Shown: positions 6,951 through 10,442 of the stretch, one piece after another
Layout: each line of letters starts with the position of its first letter
Numbering within the stretch: position 1 is the stretch's first letter
Assembly: GCA_002317795.1 (NCBI GenBank)
Contig: NVWC01000008.1
Location: 47,493-57,934 of the forward strand
Direction of reading: 5' to 3'
DNA: 10,442 nt
Origin: Nitrososphaerota archaeon
GTDB taxonomy: Archaea; Thermoproteota; Nitrososphaeria; Nitrososphaerales; Nitrosopumilaceae
Notes under the pieces: model-generated
Told to the model about the DNA's origin: nothing
The model's input: only the letters and a program-made list of their open reading frames with translations
Database searches by the model: none
Translations under genes and position numbers: made by a program

Positions 6951-7805
6951 TTAATTCCTGAAAAAGATTTTAGGTTTTCCTGGATGAGGTGTCTCAATTT
7001 TTGCAGTTGCTCCTATTACATCTAGAGCCGACAAATCAGTTGCCATTGCCCAAAATGGAGGATGTTCTTCTGTTCCTGGATTGTATCCCACAATTCCTTT
7101 TCTTGTCCCAAATTTATCTCTGACAATTGCAAGTGAATCTGGAGTTGCTGCAATGTAGGTAAACGGACCATCAGCTTTTGCTATAAATTCACGATGTGCT
7201 CTTTCAACATTACCATGTTTGAGAAGTCTACTTGCAAAAAAAACTGCAATTACTTCTGAATCACTATGGGTGTAAAAGTTATACCCTTCTAATTCCAGCG
7301 AGTTTCTAAGCATGTTATAATTTGTGATCTCCCCATTATGCACAATTGCAATATCAGGTAAAATAGTAGTACTAAATGGATGTGTGTTGTATGGTGTTAC
7401 TCTACTGCTTGTAGCAATTCTTAGATGACCTATACCATGCGAACCAACCATTTTTCTAATATTGTATTTTTTATCAAGATCTTTTGCTAAACCTACCTCT
7501 TTGACTATTGTCATTTCATTTTCAAGACTGAAAAAAGTACAATCATCATTACCAAACAGATTCATCAAGTTCTCATCTACTTTTTCTTGAGATGAACTAG
7601 TTTCATTAACAATGTAATCTCCTTCATTATTTCTAAAACTCTTTATTCTAAAAGTATCACTAGCGTTAGTTTTGTTAAATATTGCAACACCTGCTCCATC
7701 TTGTGCCCGTATCTGTTGACTTTCCATCATATCTTGTAAAAGGGATCCCACATGTGGATGACGTAACTCTGCATTATCAATCATAATTCCACATATTCCA
7801 CACAT
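6951..7805 (-). CDS. Class II (Ntn) glutamine amidotransferase (glutamate synthase domain 1 / GlxB-MgsA-like)
   Basis: N-terminal MCGICG (catalytic Cys after Met removal), R..DGAG, GIGHLRIAT, HPF, HNGEITNY, DSEV and DGPFT. A Shine-Dalgarno GGAGG lies in the end of the upstream gene. Confidence 0.93.
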   Translation of the reverse strand: MCGICGIMIDNAELRHPHVGSLLQDMMESQQIRAQDGAGVAIFNKTNASDTFRIKSFRNNEGDYIVNETSSSQEKVDENLMNLFGNDDCTFFSLENEMTIVKEVGLAKDLDKKYNIRKMVGSHGIGHLRIATSSRVTPYNTHPFSTTILPDIAIVHNGEITNYNMLRNSLELEGYNFYTHSDSEVIAVFFASRLLKHGNVERAHREFIAKADGPFTYIAATPDSLAIVRDKFGTRKGIVGYNPGTEEHPPFWAMATDLSALDVIGATAKIETPHPGKPKIFFRN

Positions 7806-8957
7806 TTAATTTTCCTCCAAGGATATCATCTCAATAATTTTTTGTTTTTGTTGTTGAACAACTGAAATTTTTTTTGTATCGATGTACTCATCTAAAACTT
7901 CTTCAATTATTTTCTTGTATGTTTTGTTAACACCCTCTAATAGTATTTCTCCTTCTAAACTTGCTTTAAGACTAGAAGTTCTAAAATCACTAGGAGACAT
8001 ATTATGAAAATTGCTATATCCTAATGCTGCAGGAATTCCTATCAGCTCATTTTTTGTAGCAATCATATGATTGTGAATTTTCTCTGCAGTGATTATACTA
8101 TCAAAGAAATTTTCGGTGTAGAATCCAACTTTTGCTATTAATAGGCTTAGATCATAACCAACAATATCTGCCCCCAATCCAACAGATTTTATAATTTTTC
8201 CGGTGCTATCCACATCACCTGCAACAATAAGACAAGTACCATCATTTTCTTTTCCCTGATAAAATTCATTGATTATTTTTCTTGCGTCATGTATTACAGA
8301 TATTGCATGTTTTTCTACATATTTTTTACTTTTTGTAATCTTTTCAGTATTTACCAAAATTCCATCAACACCAGATGCTAATAATCTATGAGTATAATCT
8401 GAAAAATTTTCATCAACTTCCACTATAATGGGACCCCAAAATTCTTTTCTAATTTTTCTAATTTTTTCAATAATCCCAATATCATCATATTGCATTACGA
8501 TTCCTTCAGAGTCAGAAATTTTATTGACATCATTAATAATTTGAAAGTGAGGATATTTTCTTTCATCGTATGGTTCTTCTTTAGAAATTATCCCGACAGT
8601 TGAATTATTATCCACTAAATTATTTAATGCAAAATTTAATGCATCTTGTGAACTTTGAGATAGATTAAATTCACCATAAAGTAGAATAGGTATTTTTAGA
8701 ATTGTTTTTGTAGTTCCTTTTCGACCAACTTCAGTTTTAAGTTTAATTTTTTCTCTATAAGGATCAAATGGAGGTCTTGAGAGTTGAGCTCCAAGTGCTA
8801 CTACATAATCCCACAAATTTTCTTTATATTTAGTCCCACGTTTTTCTCTAATTGCTCTTATAGCATCATCAGTTGATTCTTTTCGTATTGAATCTGTCTT
8901 GCAAAGATCTAGTATAGATCTTCTAATAACTGCTTTTTCATTTAATCTCAAAATCAT
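7806..8957 (-). CDS. Degenerate FMN-binding glutamate synthase-like paralog (pseudo-enzyme candidate)
   Basis: Retains WDYVVALGAQLSRPPFDPYREKIKLKTEVG..LKIPI, IRKIRKE..GPIIVEV, GVDGILV, LIVAGDV...IIKSVGLGADIVG and EL..I.AALG...HNMSPSD. Lacks MSYG, NTGEGG, Q.ASGRF, EIKIGQGAK.G.GG, DG..GGTGA and the CX5CX4C loop. Confidence 0.8.
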   Translation of the reverse strand: MILRLNEKAVIRRSILDLCKTDSIRKESTDDAIRAIREKRGTKYKENLWDYVVALGAQLSRPPFDPYREKIKLKTEVGRKGTTKTILKIPILLYGEFNLSQSSQDALNFALNNLVDNNSTVGIISKEEPYDERKYPHFQIINDVNKISDSEGIVMQYDDIGIIEKIRKIRKEFWGPIIVEVDENFSDYTHRLLASGVDGILVNTEKITKSKKYVEKHAISVIHDARKIINEFYQGKENDGTCLIVAGDVDSTGKIIKSVGLGADIVGYDLSLLIAKVGFYTENFFDSIITAEKIHNHMIATKNELIGIPAALGYSNFHNMSPSDFRTSSLKASLEGEILLEGVNKTYKKIIEEVLDEYIDTKKISVVQQQKQKIIEMISLEEN

Positions 8958-10426
8958 TCACCTTGGAAATTAAGAAAGGGCATTACATTTTCTATTTTTT
9001 GTTTGATTTTCATTACATAATCGTCCCCATTTGAAAAAGATAATCTTGAAACAATACTGGTCAACATATCATTTACAACTAGATCACTCATTTCAAGGTC
9101 TTTGATATTTTTTCTTCCTAGTGAACCGGCAATATTTTCAAGTTCAGTTTTTGTTGTTTTGATATAATTAAAAATCCCCTCTACACTGTTTTCAATATCT
9201 AGTTTTTCATGAGAACCAGTTATTCCTGCAGGACAAATATCTGTGTGACACTCCTGAATTAGGGTACATCCCATTGCTAGTAGAAATCCTGTGCCTATTC
9301 CAACACCGTCTGCACCTAATGCCATTACTTTTACAATTCTTTCAGAATCCCAAATACCACCATTTACCAATAATTTGAACCCGTCCTCATCATGTGTTTT
9401 ATAATAATCTGCTATTGTATTTCTAAGGGGAAAAAGAGACGCAATTGTATTGATTCCAATGTCTTCTCGTACTTCAAATGGTGCAGCACCTGTTCCTCCT
9501 GATACCCCATCTACAGTGGCACAATCAGCATATGATTTTAGAATTATTTCCATATCATCATAAATACGAGATGCACCAATTTTAACAATTATGGGGATTT
9601 TCCATTCAGTTAATTCTCTTATCTCGAGTATTTTTGCAACTAAATCTTCAGGCCCTAAAATATCTAAATGTCTTGAGGGGGAATGAGCGGGTTTGTTTGG
9701 AAGTATTCCTCGATTTTCTGCAACCAGTTCTGTAACTTTTGAACCTGGAAGTAATCCTCCATGACCTATCTTTGCTCCTTGACCAATTTTAATTTCAATA
9801 CCATCTGCGTTAAGGAGATATGATGGATCTTTCCAAAATCTACCCGAAGCATATTGAACTACTAGAGGATATTTTCGTTGAAATAATTCATCAATACAAA
9901 TATCTTCCAAGTGACTATCTTTTAGTAATTTGTTTGTATATTCTAAAATTGAATTCCAATGATTTTTAGATAAATTTTCTCGAGATTTTTCAGAACCATA
10001 TATTTCCCAAGGTAATGCCCCACCTTCCCCAGTATTCATTAAAACTTTAATTCCATTTTCTGCAAGTTTGTTTAATGCAAAATGTAATGCAATTTTTGCA
10101 GGTAATTTAACAGAACCATAACTCATCCCAGCAACTGAAAATGGAACATCTGTTTTGATAATATTTTTAGAGTAACGACCCCCAATTGTTAATGAAGTAT
10201 CGACATCAGAATAATTTTGTGATGTATTTAATTTTGCATCTTTAATCTTAATATTTGAAAAATAATCATTAGGAACATGGGCTCCTAAACTAGCATATGG
10301 CACTAATCCATTTGTTGCTTTTTCAGCATCAAGTAATAGATTTTTCAGATTAGTTTTATGACCATCTTTTCTTGCAATTTTTTCCATATTCCATCTCAAG
10401 TTCAAAATATCTTTTGAAAGAGGCAT
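8954..10426 (-). CDS. FMN-binding, 3Fe-4S glutamate synthase family subunit (GltB domain 2 / GlxD-MgsC-like)
   Basis: AGMSYGS, MNTGEGG, QYASGRF, IEIKIGQGAKIGHGGLLPGSKV, HSPSRHLDI, VKIG, VDGVSGGTGAAP, NGGI, ALGADGVGIGT and CTLIQECHTDICPAGI (CX5CX4C). Confidence 0.95.
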   Translation of the reverse strand: MPLSKDILNLRWNMEKIARKDGHKTNLKNLLLDAEKATNGLVPYASLGAHVPNDYFSNIKIKDAKLNTSQNYSDVDTSLTIGGRYSKNIIKTDVPFSVAGMSYGSVKLPAKIALHFALNKLAENGIKVLMNTGEGGALPWEIYGSEKSRENLSKNHWNSILEYTNKLLKDSHLEDICIDELFQRKYPLVVQYASGRFWKDPSYLLNADGIEIKIGQGAKIGHGGLLPGSKVTELVAENRGILPNKPAHSPSRHLDILGPEDLVAKILEIRELTEWKIPIIVKIGASRIYDDMEIILKSYADCATVDGVSGGTGAAPFEVREDIGINTIASLFPLRNTIADYYKTHDEDGFKLLVNGGIWDSERIVKVMALGADGVGIGTGFLLAMGCTLIQECHTDICPAGITGSHEKLDIENSVEGIFNYIKTTKTELENIAGSLGRKNIKDLEMSDLVVNDMLTSIVSRLSFSNGDDYVMKIKQKIENVMPFLNFQGE

Positions 10427-10442
10427 TGTTTCAAATTACACC

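Noticed and set aside
6704-6961. 85-aa plus-strand ORF
   Set aside because: Antisense to the GXGXG subunit gene.
7806-8957. Calling the second FMN-type gene a pseudogene or an IMPDH/IDI-2
   Set aside because: The ORF is uninterrupted and coupled on both sides, and its N- and C-terminal motifs are glutamate-synthase-type with no IMPDH catalytic Cys loop.

Overview
AT-rich archaeal DNA, very likely from an ammonia-oxidising archaeon (Nitrosopumilus/Nitrosarchaeum-like). The left end (<1..1454, minus strand, absent from the ORF track because it runs off the window) encodes the ADP-forming 3-hydroxypropionyl-CoA synthetase of the thaumarchaeal 3HP/4HB cycle. The rest looks accessory. It holds (i) a non-coding block with an alternating-orientation AAGCTAC iteron-like array, direct repeats and a strong hairpin (1700-2440); (ii) a divergent module of an RHH+MEDS-like regulator facing a Met-rich four-helix membrane protein and an SRPBCC protein, with palindromic operators; (iii) a small acidic protein with four perfect 27-bp repeats; (iv) gene relics (RHH-like, HEPN-like, AbrB-like) and a possible tRNA-3'-end att scar; and (v) a tightly coupled four-gene split glutamate synthase-like / N-methylglutamate synthase-like operon (6040-10426, minus strand). 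That operon has an intact FMN/3Fe-4S subunit plus a second FMN-type paralog that has lost the catalytic and Fe-S motifs, and it is the best candidate for an undescribed system. All family assignments come from motif recognition by eye and remembered sequences, not from database searches.
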